Origin: Octopus bimaculoides
Taxonomy: Eukaryota
NCBI RefSeq assembly: GCF_001194135.2
Contig: NC_068985.1
Coordinates: forward strand, 5,452,917-5,516,916
Direction of reading: 5' to 3'
Length of the DNA: 64,000 nt
The notes under the pieces are model-generated. The model saw only the letters and a program-made list of their open reading frames with translations. It did not search any database and was not told the origin of the DNA. Of this stretch, positions 11,590 through 25,414 are shown piece after piece; the stretch's first letter is position 1, and each line of letters opens with the position of its first letter. The position numbers and the translations under genes are program-made.

Positions 11590-11654
11590 AATTGGTGCTC
11601 AACTCCGCATTGACCCTCAAAGAATGTGGGTTAATGCGGAGTTGAGCACCAATT
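11590..11654. other. Near-perfect 27-bp hairpin with 11-nt loop
   Basis: aattggtgctcaactccgcattgaccc / tcaaagaatgt / gggttaatgcggagttgagcaccaatt. The single mismatch is a G-U pair on the plus strand. Confidence 0.85.
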
Positions 11655-11675
11655 CTTACGGTTCTATACTACTAG

Positions 11676-11734
<59 letters not shown>

Positions 11735-12315
11735 GACATCAATCTTCGAGAACGTCAAATATACCTTTCGAGGAACACTGAATCTCGAAACCAATAAAGT
11801 TTAAAATATCAAGGTCTTCATGTCTTATAACCCTTTTGAATAGAAAATTTCTAGCCTGCCTGTGCGACTCGAATCCACATCTCCTGATTGACATACTGGT
11901 CATTGTAAACCGTTCGGATGTAAGTATCAAAGTTTAGAACCGAAACCTCTATCACTATAACTCTGTTGCTTTCCTGAAGCAGTGGATGTTCTTTTCGTTT
12001 TTTCGTTGCAAATAGTTAGAACCCGGCTATGTCGTGTGAATGTGATTTTGTCTACGAATGAATGTAGGTATGTTTCTTAGAATATAAGCATTGGGAATTA
12101 GTCATGTTGCTATAATAGCGCTTATTTCGGTCGTTAGTTTTATGCAAGTCAAACAGTATCTATGTTACAGGAGTGAGGACTTCATTACAGTTATCAGCCG
12201 AAAGAAACGAAAAACAAACGCGATTTTTCCTTTTCTTCAGAAACAAAAACGACAATGGAAATAATTGCATACTTGTATTTGAACACATGTGTATGAATGC
12301 ACGTTTGTACATGTA

Positions 12316-12353
<38 letters not shown>

Positions 12354-12380
12354 TTTGTGTGTCTGTGCCATGTGTATGTG

Positions 12381-12604
12381 TCATTATTCAGATTATTTTA
12401 AGATTTTTTGCCAATAGAGAAAGAACCGGTTTCTAGCCTACATCATGGAATTTCAACATCAATGGAACGGTACTTTTGTATGGGTGTATGTATGTATGTA
12501 TGTATATGTGCAGATTTGTATGTTTTGCTTTATGCATGTATTCTCATGCATATAGTTGCATATCTAGACATGCCCATATATATATATTTAAATGATAAAC
12601 TTCT
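12381..12604 (-). mobile_element. 3' UTR fragment of RLE-type LINE (family E)
   Basis: Matches the 3' part of 12654-13293; flanked by (TATG)n. Confidence 0.8.
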
Positions 12605-12653
12605 GTATGTATGTTTGCATGTATGTATATATGTATGTATGTATGTATGTATG

Positions 12654-13293
12654 TCATTGTTCAGTTTATTTCAAAATTTCTTGCCAATAGAGAAATAACC
12701 GGTTTCTAACCTAGATCCCAGGCTCCTTCATTTGAATTTCAACATTAACAACAGAATATTTTGGTATGTATGTATGTACGCATGTATGTATGTATGTATG
12801 TATGTATGTATGTATGTATGTATGTATGTATGTATGCGCAGGTTTGTATATTTTACATCTGTATTCTCATGCATTTAGTTGCATATCTAGACATGCTCAT
12901 ATATACTTAAATGATAAACTTTTGGAATGTTTTACAGAATTTTACAGTTCCAGTGATGGATTGGATCTGTAGTTTTCGAATTAGCTTTCTCCATTCTAGT
13001 TTTGAGAAGCCTAATTTATCAAGATTGGTATTTAGGCAGTGTATTACATATACCAGGGCCTCAATAATTACATGAATGAACCTGAACTTGTAATCTGGAT
13101 AGAGTAAACTATAGATTTCTCAATAGTTCAGCGTAGGTATTCTCTTTTGTCACTGATCTTCAGCTTTATTTTAACATCCGCTGGGCAGCTAATTTCCACA
13201 ACTTTACACAGTTTCTCTTCTCTATCCCAAATCATTATATCAGGTCTGTTGTGCTTACATTCTATTGAGGTCTTCATTGGGACATTCCACCAG
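12654..13293 (-). mobile_element. 5'-truncated R4/Dong-like LINE (family E) with restriction-like endonuclease remnant
   Basis: Minus translation WWNVPMKTSIECKHNRPDIMIWDREEKLCKVVEISCPADVKIKLKISDK shows the PD-(D/E)xK pattern. The frameshifted C-terminus and 3' UTR follow. Confidence 0.85.
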
Positions 13294-13365
13294 TATGTGT
13301 GTATGTGTTTGTCTGTCTGTCTGTCTGTATGTATGTATGTATGTATGTATGTATGCATGTATGTA

Positions 13366-13426
<61 letters not shown>

Positions 13427-15507
13427 TCTCCTTCCCTTTTTTCATTTTGAATAAATTTCGACCGAGCACCTGCTAAGTAGCAAAGGAAAGAAAACGTCTT
13501 GTTTTGTTCATCATTATTTAAACATGAATGCGTATGTGTCCTGTTTGCGTATGTATGTAATTGTGTATAGGTATGCATGTACGTGCAAATGTTTATATGT
13601 ATATATGTGAGTGGGTACATAGAATATGTGTGGTAGCGTGTGAATACGTATGTCTGTATGTGCGTATATATGTATATAAGTATCTTCTTGTCTCCGTGGC
13701 TATGCGTAAATGTCTCTCTCTCTCTACACGTCTGCGTATTCATGTATGCGTATGTCTTCGAGTGCATATACAATTAGATTCGTGTGTGTTTGCGTTCTGT
13801 GTGTGTGTGTGTGTGTGCATGTGTGAATCACTGAATGCGTGTATGTGAGTAAGTACTGGTAGCTTCATAGAACATAATTACGACAAGAACTTCGGAATTA
13901 GCCTCGTTGCTAAACTTTCTTAGCTCAACATTATAAATAATAATGACATAGGGGAACGTATGCCATGATAAACATAACTAATAAATACCTTAAAATATAT
14001 ATATATATANNNNNNNNNNNNNNNNNNNNNNNNNNNNNNNNNNNNNNNNNNNNNNNNNNNNNNNNNNNNNNNNNNNNNNNNNNNNNNNNNNNNNNNNNNN
14101 NNNNNNNNNNNNNNNNNNNNNNNNNNNNNNNNNNNNNNNNNNNNNNNNNNNNNNNNNNNNNNNNNNNNNNNNNNNNNNNNNNNNNNNNNNNNNNNNNNNN
14201 NNNNNNNNNNNNNNNNNNNNNNNNNNNNNNNNNNNNNNNNNNNNNNNNNNNNNNNNNNNNNNNNNNNNNNNNNNNNNNNNNNNNNNNNNNNNNNNNNNNN
14301 NNNNNNNNNNNNNNNNNNNNNNNNNNNNNNNNNNNNNNNNNNNNNNNNNNNNNNNNNNNNNNNNNNNNNNNNNNNNNNNNNNNNNNNNNNNNNNNNNNNN
14401 NNNNNNNNNNNNNNNNNNNNNNNNNNNNNNNNNNNNNNNNNNNNNNNNNNNNNNNNNNNNNNNNNNNNNNNNNNNNNNNNNNNNNNNNNNNNNNNNNNNN
14501 NNNNNNNNNNNNNNNNNNNNNNNNNNNNNNNNNNNNNNNNNNNNNNNNNNNNNNNNNNNNNNNNNNNNNNNNNNNNNNNNNNNNNNNNNNNNNNNNNNNN
14601 NNNNNNNNNNNNNNNNNNNNNNNNNNNNNNNNNNNNNNNNNNNNNNNNNNNNNNNNNNNNNNNNNNNNNNNNNNNNNNNNNNNNNNNNNNNNNNNNNNNN
14701 NNNNNNNNNNNNNNNNNNNNNNNNNNNNNNNNNNNNNNNNNNNNNNNNNNNNNNNNNNNNNNNNNNNNNNNNNNNNNNNNNNNNNNNNNNNNNNNNNNNN
14801 NNNNNNNNNNNNNNNNNNNNNNNNNNNNNNNNNNNNNNNNNNNNNNNNNNNNNNNNNNNNNNNNNNNNNNNNNNNNNNNNNNNNNNNNNNNNNNNNNNNN
14901 NNNNNNNNNNNNNNNNNNNNNNNNNNNNNTATATATACGTACGAGAAGACACAAATTTACGTATACATATATAATTACATACACACGCGGACATAAATTT
15001 ATACGTTTTCACATACATACACACACACACACACACTCTCCCTCTGTCTCTCTGCCTCTCTCTCTGTCTCTCTGCCTCTCTCTCTGTCTCTCTGCCTCTC
15101 TCTCTGTGTCTCTCTGTCTATCTGTCTGTCTGTCTGTCTGTCTGTCTCTGTCTGTCTGTATGTCTGTCTCTGTCTGTCTGTCTATCTCTCTCTCTGTTTC
15201 TCTCTCTCTCACACATACATATTCTGAAAACACACAAATACACAACCGCATAAATATTCATATACTGGCACATAGTTACATAAACATACAAAGAGATGCA
15301 CAGAGCTACAAATCTAAAAGAAACAATTTGAAAGAGAGATTTTCTCACCGTTTTTCCGGTGGTGGGAAAAGTCATTCAAATTAAATAAAACATTAAAAAA
15401 AACTAGTAAAACAGTTATTTTACAACAGAAAAATAAATAAGAGCCGAAGTCAAATACAAAATGAAAGACCAGGGACGTTCACCCATGATATAAATAAATT
15501 GTGTGTA

Positions 15508-15883
15508 GGCGCAATGGCCCAGTGGTTAGGGCAGCGGACTCGCGGTCGTAGGATCGCGGTTTCGATTCCCATACCGAGCGTTATGAGTGTTTATTGAGCG
15601 ATAACACCTAAAAGCTCGATGAGGATCCGGCAGGGGATGGTGGCAAACCTTGCTGTTCTCTTCCATCACAACATTCTCTCACTCTTTCTTCCTGTTTCTC
15701 TTGTACCTGTATTTCAAAGAGCCAGCCTTGTCACACTGTGTCACGCTGAATCTCCCCCGAGAACTACGTCAAGGGTACACGTGTCTGTGGAGTGTTCAAC
15801 CACTTGCACGTTAATTTCACGAGCAGGCTGTTACGTTGATCGGATCAACTGGAAACCTCGTCGTCGTAACTGACGGAGTGTCA
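15508..15883 (+). mobile_element. tRNA-derived SINE, body C + tail X, apparently full length
   Basis: A box tggcccagtgg, B box ggtttcgattccc, tail gtacctgtatttcaaag...gacggagtg shared with 41454-41779. Confidence 0.85.
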
Positions 15884-16419
15884 CGAAATAAGTTGTCGTT
15901 GAAAGAGAGAAAGAAAAAAGTTATTAAAGTGAAAGTTCTAGAGCGAAAGCATAACGTTTCGGATATAGTAATTTGTCAGGTTTACAAAGAAAAGTCCAAG
16001 GAAAGGGGGGAAAAGAACGGAGTAAAAGAGATAAGGAAAAAAAATACGGGAGGAAACGCAGGTGGACAACTTGTGAAACACTATTTAAACTCTGGTCTAA
16101 TTGGCCTTAAAACAGCTTTTCTGCATAGGGAGGGACTGAATCCAGATGTCGGTCTAATATGAACACTGTACTTCGTAACTTGCAACTGAAAAGATAACAT
16201 GGCTGCACTATTGCACTTTATTGGTAAGTTACCGTTGTTCCAAAAAATATATGTCGCAATTTCAATTGGCAATATCAAATTGAAGTAGTATCATTTGGTG
16301 GTTGGGCCGGTTTGAAAACACTCCTTTGAAATCGGCATCAATTTTGGCGGTCTTGATGAGGCTGTCGAACTCATTTGACTAATTAGGGTTAGGGTTATAT
16401 AAAAAAGAACTCATACGTT

Positions 16420-17030
16420 TTATATTTGACTTGTTTCATTTATTGGACTGCGGCCATGCTGGGGGTACCGCTGTGATGGGTTTGGTCGAACAGATCAACC
16501 CCAGTACTTTTTTGTTCGACTTGGTACTTACTGTATCGGTTGGTTTTTGCCGAAAGGCTAGTTTACTTGGTTGTAAACAAACCAACATCGGTTGTCAAGT
16601 GGTGGTTGTGGGACAAGCACAAGCACAAGCAGAATGATACACATACGAAGTATCTCTCTCTCTCGCCTTCTCTCTCCATCCTTCTCTCTCTCTATTCCAT
16701 TCTCTCTCGTCCTCTCTCTCTCCATCCTTCTCTCTCTCTATTCCCTCTCTCTCTCTATCCCCCCTCTCTCTCTGTCTCTACAGGCCTATATACATACACA
16801 CATATTTGTAATGTTCGAAAGGAAAAAACGAAGACAAGACTCACCCCCCCACACACACACGTACGCACGTCAGGTTTCTTTCAGTTTCCGTTGGTTAAAC
16901 CTACTCACAAGGCTTTTGTGAGCCTGGAACTAAAGTAGAAGACACTTGCCTATGTGACGCGCATTGAAACTCAACCCCAAAGCAAAATGTTTGAGAAGCA
17001 AAATTGTTAACCACACAACCACACCTGGCC
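16420..17030 (-). mobile_element. SINE family A with internal microsatellite expansion
   Basis: 3' part 16420-16625 (gactgcggccatgctgg) and 5' part 16870-17030 are separated by CT/CA repeats. Confidence 0.7.
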
Positions 17031-17599
17031 CTATAACGACACTTTCTTTGGCCGACGTTAATTCGACTCCATTCTTCTTCTAAACTTTGTACTTATTCCA
17101 GTATTAAGCACCTATAATTCATTGTTCTGCTTGTCACGAAGTTCATATGTTCAAGTACCATACTTTACAAAACCATAACTATGGAACGAAATCAAACATA
17201 AATCCATAATCGTCTTTATCCTGATGAAACAATTATTATGAAGAACTCTATAGTTCTGCATCAAACAGAAATTTAGGAATTTATTAAGCATGAAATTCTA
17301 CGAGTTATATTTTCGATAACATTATTTGTAGAATGGTTAGGGCGGTGCATTGGCAGAATCGTTAGAGAGGTGGACACATTGCATTGCTCTGTTTAGTTCC
17401 TCGACTTAATTTCCTGTGTACGTAACCCCACGTGGGAAACCTTGTTTCACTTCGATCTGGAGCTCATAAAATACACCACCGTGAAATCGACTGAACCTAT
17501 CCCCAAATACATAGCCATAGTAAATGCACGCATACATACACACATACACACTACACACATCACACATCACACTTTAAACGATATGCGTTTGCAATCCTG

Positions 17600-18285
17600 T
17601 AACAGAAGATTGCCACAAAGTGACGCTCTTGTAATCCGCATGTGTAGGCTATGCCATGTTTCTGGGGAAGACATCACACATGTGATTAGCAGCTGTCCTA
17701 AAATGACGTCACGTTACTACCTCTCTATGTAGCACGATGTTGTGGCTAAAACAATTTACAATGCCATCCGCAAGAAAGACTGTCCTGAAATAAACTTAGG
17801 AAATCCATCTGTTATGGAATACATTCATAAACACCAACTCAAGGAATACTGGTAGAATATTCCCATCAAAACTTCCATCAAATATAAACATAACAGGCCG
17901 GATATTGTTTTTGGGGACAGAGGGGCAAAGGTAAGTACCGTTATAGAGGTCAGCTGTTCTGCAGATATAAATATCTCTTTGAAAATCAAAGAAAAAAAAG
18001 AGGATGTCTATGGACAGATGCTTCGAAACCTCCACCTTCTATATCCAGACTATAAATTTATATTCATACCAACAATAATTGGAGAACGTGGGATTTACAG
18101 AATAATTCGTACATTACAAATCAATTCTGTGAGTGGAACTGTAAAAATATGCAAGACTTTTCTCAAGTTCCAAATGTGAATTTGTCTGTGCTAACTACAT
18201 CCCAAAGATGGAGCCTTGTTTCTTTGTTGGAAACCGGTTCCCTCCTCAGGGGAAGATTTATGATAATTAAAAAATAGAAGAGACT
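17600..18285 (+). mobile_element. Decayed R4/Dong-like LINE C-terminus (family E related): CCHC knuckle and RLE
   Basis: CRLCHVSGEDITHVISSCPK...RPDIVFGDRGAKVSTVIEVSCSADINISLKIKEK...YGQMLRNLHLLYPDYKFIFIP, with stops and frameshifts. Confidence 0.85.
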
Positions 18286-18289
18286 ACAT

Positions 18290-18485
18290 GCACCTATATG
18301 CATGAGAATACATACATAAAACATACAAAACTGCACATACATAAAACATACATACACACATACATACAAACAAAAATACCCTGTTGGTGATGCTGAAATT
18401 CCAATGAAGGAGCCTTGGATCTAGGTTAGAAATTGGTTCCCTCCTCAGTGGAAGATGTATAATCATTAAAACATAAAAGAGATAA
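18290..18485 (+). mobile_element. Family E 3' UTR copy, in tandem with the preceding LINE
   Basis: gaaattccaatgaaggagccttggatctaggttagaaa matches 12654-12760 in reverse. Confidence 0.8.
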
Positions 18486-18534
18486 GCATATACACACACA
18501 CACACACACATATATATTATTATATATATATATT

Positions 18535-18752
18535 CTTTTATTCTGTAACTTGTTTCAGTCATTTGACTGCGGCCATGTTGGAGTACATCCTTTAGTCGAG
18601 AAAATTAACTCCAGGACTTATTCATTGTAAGTCTAGTACTTATTCTATCGGTACCCTTTGCCGAACCGCTAGTTTACGGGGACATAAGCGCACCGGCATC
18701 GGTTGTCAAGCAATGTCGGGGGGACAAGCACAGACACACAAACCTATACACA

Positions 18753-18760
<8 letters not shown>
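18535..18760 (-). mobile_element. SINE family A, 3' half
   Basis: gtttcagtcatttgactgcggccatg...ccgaaccgct...ggttgtcaagc. Confidence 0.8.
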
Positions 18761-18798
<38 letters not shown>

Positions 18799-19139
18799 CA
18801 ATTGAATACAAGGATAAAAACCACGTTAATGATTTTTATCAACTAGTCAGCATGTGACTTTTCTACATCTGTATTGCTATGTTGCTATAAATATAATTGT
18901 ACGTAGACATGTATGCGTGAATAAATACACACTCTTACGCTCACACAAACACATATATAAGTGATCAGGTTAAAGCTAAGTAAATAATTTATAGGTGAGT
19001 CTATAAAACTGATGTGAAGTGAGTTCCAAACCGTTCCAGGCAGATAGGTTTTCCTTTGGGACGGAAGCAACATAATTATTTGCGTCTAGCTGAGAAGAAT
19101 AGATTTCTTTGTCCTGTAACCTGCAATAAATTCCTGGCT

Positions 19140-19881
19140 TACCCAAGTGTATATCAAAATATCGTACAAGATCAAGCATTAAGGACTGAATGGATAAAAG
19201 CCAAGAGAGACACAAACCCAGAAGATTCCCAATGTAGATTATGCAAATCAAAAGAGGAAAGCGTTACTCGTATAGAAAGTGAATGTAGCTTGCAGGCACA
19301 GAAAGAATACAAGAATAGACATGACAACCCTTAGGAGAGTAATCCATTGGGAGCTATGTAGAAAGCTAGGATTTGAACATACTGATAAATGGTATGAAGA
19401 TGAACATAATAAAGTACTAGAAAGAAATACAAGATGTTGTGGGACTTTAACATTCAGACTGACAGAGCAATAGAAACTAGAAGGCCTGATTTAGCGGTAG
19501 CGGATAACGAGAATAGAAAGTGCCAGGTAATTGACTTTACAGTCCCAAATGATGAAAAAATTGATAAGAGAAGTATAGAAAAAAAAAGCGAAGTATTAGG
19601 ACCCGGCGATTGAATTCATGAGACTATGGAAAGTGTGGGTAAAATGTATCCCAGTAGTTATAGGTCCATTGGGAACTATCCCTAAAGATCTGAACAGATG
19701 GATAGAGGAAATAAGCATAAAACCCAGTTTAGTACAGCTGCAGAAAAGAGTGTTATTAGGGACGGCTAGGATACTTAGGAGGGATCTTGGCATCTAAGGC
19801 AACTTGTAGCCCGATGTTAAGATTTTTCCTTTACGAAAAGTCTAATCAGTTGAGTTATATGAAGATAATAATAACAATAAT
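19140..19881 (+). mobile_element. Decayed R4/Dong-like LINE (family G), C-terminus and 3' UTR ending in (AAT)n
   Basis: QDQALRTEWIKAK..CRLCKSKEESV..C..KEYKNRHD..IHWELCRKLGF..RRPDLAV..KCQVIDFTVP..LQKSVLLGTARILRRDLGI, stop 19795-19797. Confidence 0.9.
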
Positions 19882-19919
19882 CCTTTCTACTAAATGCAAA
19901 AGACCTATATTTGGGGCAA

Positions 19920-20079
19920 GGGGGTGAGGATAGGAAATTACATCAACCCCAGTACTGAAACTTATTTTATCGACCCCCACTGAGTCAGCCTCAGTGGAAC
20001 TGAACTTAGAACGTGAAGACGGACGAAATGCCGCTAAGCATTTCGTCCGGCATGCTAACGTTTCTGCTAGCTCGTCGCC

Positions 20080-20080
<1 letters not shown>
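19920..20080 (-). mobile_element. SINE family B, degenerate
   Basis: ttttatcgaccc...gaacttagaacgt...ctagctcgtcgcc. Confidence 0.7.
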
Positions 20081-20128
<48 letters not shown>

Positions 20129-20129
<1 letters not shown>

Positions 20130-20336
20130 CCTACGTAAAATACTGTCTATGTGATCTCAAATTTTAAAACAAACAATTTTCTTATGGTTTCTTAAACATT
20201 CTCTAGAACAACACTATGTACAAATCCAGATATATGGTACCCTAGGCATAACACCTACATGAAGTTCTAACTTGTTGTCTCTTGAGGTCTCTGGGTGAGA
20301 CTTGGATCCAACATAAAATAATAATAATAATAATAT
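20129..20336 (+). mobile_element. Extreme 3' end of an R4/Dong-like LINE inside a (TAA)n tract
   Basis: atcctacgtaaaatactgtctatgtga reads ILRKILSM*, like the ILRRDLGI* end at 19.8 kb. (AAT)n lies on both sides. Confidence 0.65.
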
Positions 20337-22543
20337 GCAATACCAGGCAGTGGCGCTTGTGACCTCTCATCTTAACTGACTGGAAGTGTTATCATGTGCA
20401 TTGTTTTGTCTTGATATTGATGGGCTACAGTATATATTCTGCTGAATACAACAGATTTGCTTGTCAGTTGTTTGACCATAACCACTTGAGCATGTCCCTT
20501 AGTTGCTGACGGTATGTGCATCTCTGATCACGAGCAGAAGTAGTGGAGGTGTATCATAGTCATGTCTTGAGAGGAATTCTTTGGAGTTTGAATAATTCAC
20601 CTCTGGAAACATGGGTGTTCATCATCTTTTAACAACTTTTATTCAGGGACCTTTTGAGCAGGATGGGCTACTCGACCAGAAGAAAATTCTAACTGGGTCT
20701 CACCTGCAAGGTGGAGTCGGCGAGTCAATAGTGAGTCTGCTTTACCCCAAGCGGAGATTAACAGCTCTGATTTCCATTCCTGACGCTGAATTGTGCCCAT
20801 GGCTCCTTGTCGTTGGATATTTCCACTTAACTGTAAATCGTACGATGAAGTACAAATTTGCTCACGAAATACAGATGCCGAAAAATATGACATGATTAAA
20901 CGAAGTGCCCATATATGAATCATTGCTGGGTTCATTTGCCCCTGCGTTCTCAGAGAAGACCACGATGCTGCTTCTGAATATAGTGATGGAATCAAGGCCG
21001 CAGTTGTCTTGATCTACAACGTCATTCGATCAGCTTCTTTGGTTTTGATTATAGTCTTCTGTTTGATTGATGATGTCCGACAGTCCGTCAGTCATTAAAA
21101 TCATTACTCACCGGTATACGTCACCAAATATAGAACTTACTCAATTCACAGGAAATTCTAACCACAACGCTAACAACCAAAACATCTAATGTACAATGAA
21201 ATATAGCTTTGACATTCAGGCAATAAAGTGAGAGAAAATAAAGCGTTGAAATCTCAACAGAAGAAACAGCAGCTTTTTAATCTGAAACCATAAAAATGTC
21301 ATCGAGATAATTCGAATGTCAATATCATCGATAAATATCGTTGGTGTTCTTAGTTTAGTTAGTAGAGCATCAGACTTTAACGTGCTAATAAAGAAATATC
21401 ATTAATAATTTTCTGTATTGGAGTTCAAATGTTACCCAGTCAAATCTTATCATTTTTTTCATTCTCTAATCAAAACAATAGATACCAGTTCTACAGAATG
21501 AATTCCAACATGTAAGCTTTTATATGAAAACATATAAATGGCAGAGCTGTTAAAGATTAGCCTGATATATTAATCATGTTTCTATCACATTAATTCATTT
21601 CCTTAAAACGTTTTATAAACAATGATGAATAAATCCATAATCTACAGATGAAAACTTTTGTATCGATATTGTTGACAGGTTTATTGTTGTCGCAGTTTGA
21701 AAATAAAGAGAAAATATGACCTGAGTTAACTCTTATGTCTTACAAATGTGGCAGAGGTTAAACTTGACGTGAGGGGCTGCGGAGGGGGAAGGACAGCTAG
21801 GTATATTGATTTTATCTATTAAATTCCAATAGACACAAAAAGAAGAAAAGGGATGATATATTCCATTGTGAAGTTCTTCGAGACACGATTGATGAATAGA
21901 TATACTCAAGAATATATTTTATTATTGTGGTTACTTAAGCTCGGATCAACACTGATGAAGTAGAACTGTGGCTAAACGTATTCTAGCTGTGACCCTGTCT
22001 TCTTCGATATATCTAGGACGACATTATTTATTAAACCTATTTATTAAGAGAGTGGAATGTACTTTCAGGTAGATTTAGCTGCTATTTCTCAAACGAATGA
22101 CCACATAGAGGTTTCCGTATTGGTTGGAGCCAATATATTTTGCTACTCGTCATATACTTCACTGTTTGGGGTTTCAAACGCCACTGGAGGCAGTGTTGTT
22201 TTATTCAGCTCAATAAGCTAAATACGAAGGCAATTTAACCGGTTTTAACCGAAAATCGACCTAAAAATAATTACCAACGGTTTATTAAAACAATAATGAA
22301 AGCGCATGGCCTTGTGGTTAGGGTGTGACACCCAAGGTTGACAAACCAGGGGTTCAATTCTCGGAACGGGCAGTGTGTTGTTTTCTTGATCCCCAATTTA
22401 CTATTTTGTTACGAGGGCTCTCCAAAATTTTATATGGACCCTCAGGAGCCATATAGGGCGCCGGCTGAGAACCATTGTTATATCCGGTATGCTGGAGTTC
22501 ACAGCTGCACCGACTTCAAAAACGTAGATGACGTTATTCTTTT

Positions 22544-22940
22544 ACTTGTTTCAGTCATTTGACTGTGACCATGCTGGAGCACCGCCTTCTGTAGAAGACG
22601 TCGCCCCCAGGACTTATTCATTGTAAGTCTAGTACTTATTCTATCGAGCTTTTTTGCCGAATCGCTAGGTTACGGTACGTAAACACACCAAAGTCGGTTG
22701 TCTAGCGATGATGGGACGACAAACACCGACATGCAAATACACACAGACACACGCTCACACACGCACACACACACACACAGACGCACACACACACACACAC
22801 ACAAACACACATATATATACGACGGGTTTCTTTCAGTTTCCGTCTACCAAATCCACTCACAAGGCTTTGGTCGACTCGAGGCAATAGAAGAAGACAAGGT
22901 GCCACGCAGTGGGACAGAACCCGGAACCATGTGGTTGGGC
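22544..22940 (-). mobile_element. SINE family A, near full length
   Basis: Reverse match to 30582-30983. Confidence 0.85.
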
Positions 22941-23079
22941 TGAAGCAGAAATTAGGATGAGTGAGGCTACAACACATTTGATCATGGTCAACTACAAGAA
23001 TACACTTTGCGCTAATTAATATGCAACAACAACGACGACCATAATGGTACCGATAATGGTTCCTTATATCTGTGCATAC

Positions 23080-23300
23080 CGGTTTCAAACTTTGGCACAA
23101 GGCCAGGAGTTTTAGAGGAGGGGTAAGTCGATTACATCCACTCTAGTACGTAACTGGTACTTATTTTATCGAACCCCGAAATGATGAAAGGCAAAGACGA
23201 CCTCGGCGGAATCTGGACTGCAAACATAATGCCGCAATCTGGATTGCGAGCATAATGCCGCAAAGCATTTTGCCCGGCGCAGTAACGATTCTGATAATAG
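23080..23300 (-). mobile_element. SINE family B
   Basis: gaaaggcaaagacgacctcggcggaat; contains a short internal duplication (cataatgccgca twice). Confidence 0.75.
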
Positions 23301-23627
23301 CATTTGTCAATAACAAAATCGTTCCTAAGCTGAGATGAAATTGCACCTGGATTTATATTAGAATATATTACGAGGAAATTAAACAAATACAGGTGTACCT
23401 ATTTTACTAATACGTGCTTCTAAGAAGGAAACTATTATTTGACTAATATATTGTTGTTTCCGCGTATCAAATGTTATAGCAAACACAAACGATTTCTATG
23501 AAGGAAAAATCGTTTACAAATAACGTTCAAATAATTAAAATCTGAGAATTTGAATCATCAAATAGACTTTATTTACGAAGGTCTTAAACTATCAGCCACA
23601 AACAGATGATAATACGAAGCACCCACA

Positions 23628-23724
<97 letters not shown>

Positions 23725-23889
23725 AAACACACACACACACACAGGCAGGCATTACTACAGATACGGTTAAATATATACATGTGTGGGGGGTTGTATGCAC
23801 CTAAAAATTTCTGGAAATGCACAGATGTACAATGCAACTGCAATATATAAATAATAAAAAACAAACACAAACCTATGTACGTATGTATG

Positions 23890-24131
23890 TCATTCTTCAC
23901 TTATAATTTCAAGATTTCTTGCCAATAAAGAAAGAACCGGTTTCTAACCTAGATCCGAAGTTCCTTCACTAGGATTTTAATAACATCAGCAGAGTGTTTT
24001 CGCATGTATGCATGTATGCATGTTTGTACATGTGCAGATTTGTATGCGTTGCCTTATGTATATATTCTCATGCATATAGTTGCATGTCTAGACATGCTCA
24101 GATATATTTAAACTTCTGAAACGTTTTACAG

Positions 24132-24162
<31 letters not shown>

Positions 24163-24245
24163 TGTATGTATTTATGTATGCATGTATTTCATTATTCAAG
24201 ATATCTTGCTAATAGACAAAGAACCGGTCTCTAATATAGATCCTG
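23890..24245 (-). mobile_element. Two tandem family E LINE 3' ends (23890-24132, 24189-24245) separated by (TATG)n
   Basis: Both begin cattcttca/cattattca...caagat.tcttgc.aata...gaaccggt.tctaa. Confidence 0.8.
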
Positions 24246-25043
24246 CCATCTATCCNNNNNNNNNNNNNNNNNNNNNNNNNNNNNNNNNNNNNNNNNNNNN
24301 NNNNNNNNNNNNNNNNNNNNNNNNNNNNNNNNNNNNNNNNNNNNNNNNNNNNNNNNNNNNNNNNNNNNNNNNNNNNNNNNNNNNNNNNNNNNNNNNNNNN
24401 NNNNNNNNNNNNNNNNNNNNNNNNNNNNNNNNNNNNNNNNNNNNNNNNNNNNNNNNNNNNNNNNNNNNNNNNNNNNNNNNNNNNNNNNNNNNNNNNNNNN
24501 NNNNNNNNNNNNNNNNNNNNNNNNNNNNNNNNNNNNNNNNNNNNNNNNNNNNNNNNNNNNNNNNNNNNNNNNNNNNNNNNNNNNNNNNNNNNNNNNNNNN
24601 NNNNNNNNNNNNNNNNNNNNNNNNNNNNNNNNNNNNNNNNNNNNNNNNNNNNNNNNNNNNNNNNNNNNNNNNNNNNNNNNNNNNNNNNNNNNNNNNNNNN
24701 NNNNNNNNNNNNNNNNNNNNNNNNNNNTATATATATATATATACGTATACATACATACATATGTATCTATGTATATATATATACGCACACATACATCTCT
24801 CTCTCTCTCTATATATATATATATGTGTGTGTCTGCCTGTCTGTCTGTCTGTATGTATGTATGTATATATACATACACACACAACCACATAAATAGACTC
24901 ACATATTGATATATATATATGTATATATCTATGCCCTGTCTCTATCTGTCTGTCAGTCTGTTAGTCTGCTTGTCTTTATATATATATATATGTGTGTGCG
25001 TGTGTGTATACAAAGAGGGAGAGAGAGAGACAGAGAGAGACAC

Positions 25044-25099
<56 letters not shown>

Positions 25100-25414
25100 A
25101 GAGGGAGAGAGGGATGGAAAGATAGGAGAGGGAGGTATATTTCTGTATAATTAGTTGCAATGATTAGAGATAAGAGGATGTCAAAGATGGCATTTAACAA
25201 GGGAGACCTTAAATATTAAAACCGAAAAATAAATAATGCATAAATAACTGAATTACAGATAACACGATCCTCTACTCGGAAGTGGAATGCTTGTGGATAT
25301 ACGTGTGTGGGTTTGTATGCGTATGAGAGTGTTAAACTGTGAATTGTATAACACGCATATGAATGAAAAACATCGTTCTGAATTCTGTGTTTTAATATAT
25401 TTGGTGATAAATTC

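Noticed and set aside
16209-16235. TATTGCACTT, similar to the miR-92 5' end
   Set aside because: The match stops after 10 nt and there is no surrounding hairpin.
16383-16398. TTAGGG telomere-like repeats
   Set aside because: Only two units, expected by chance.
17215-17245. Other CTGANGA heptamers (17220, 21952, 29572, 36143, 39803, 48431, 49435, 63909)
   Set aside because: None has a downstream GAAA with compatible stems I-III.
20700-21080. Open frames in non-repetitive-looking sequence
   Set aside because: Stops occur in every frame I read and no motif was recognised.
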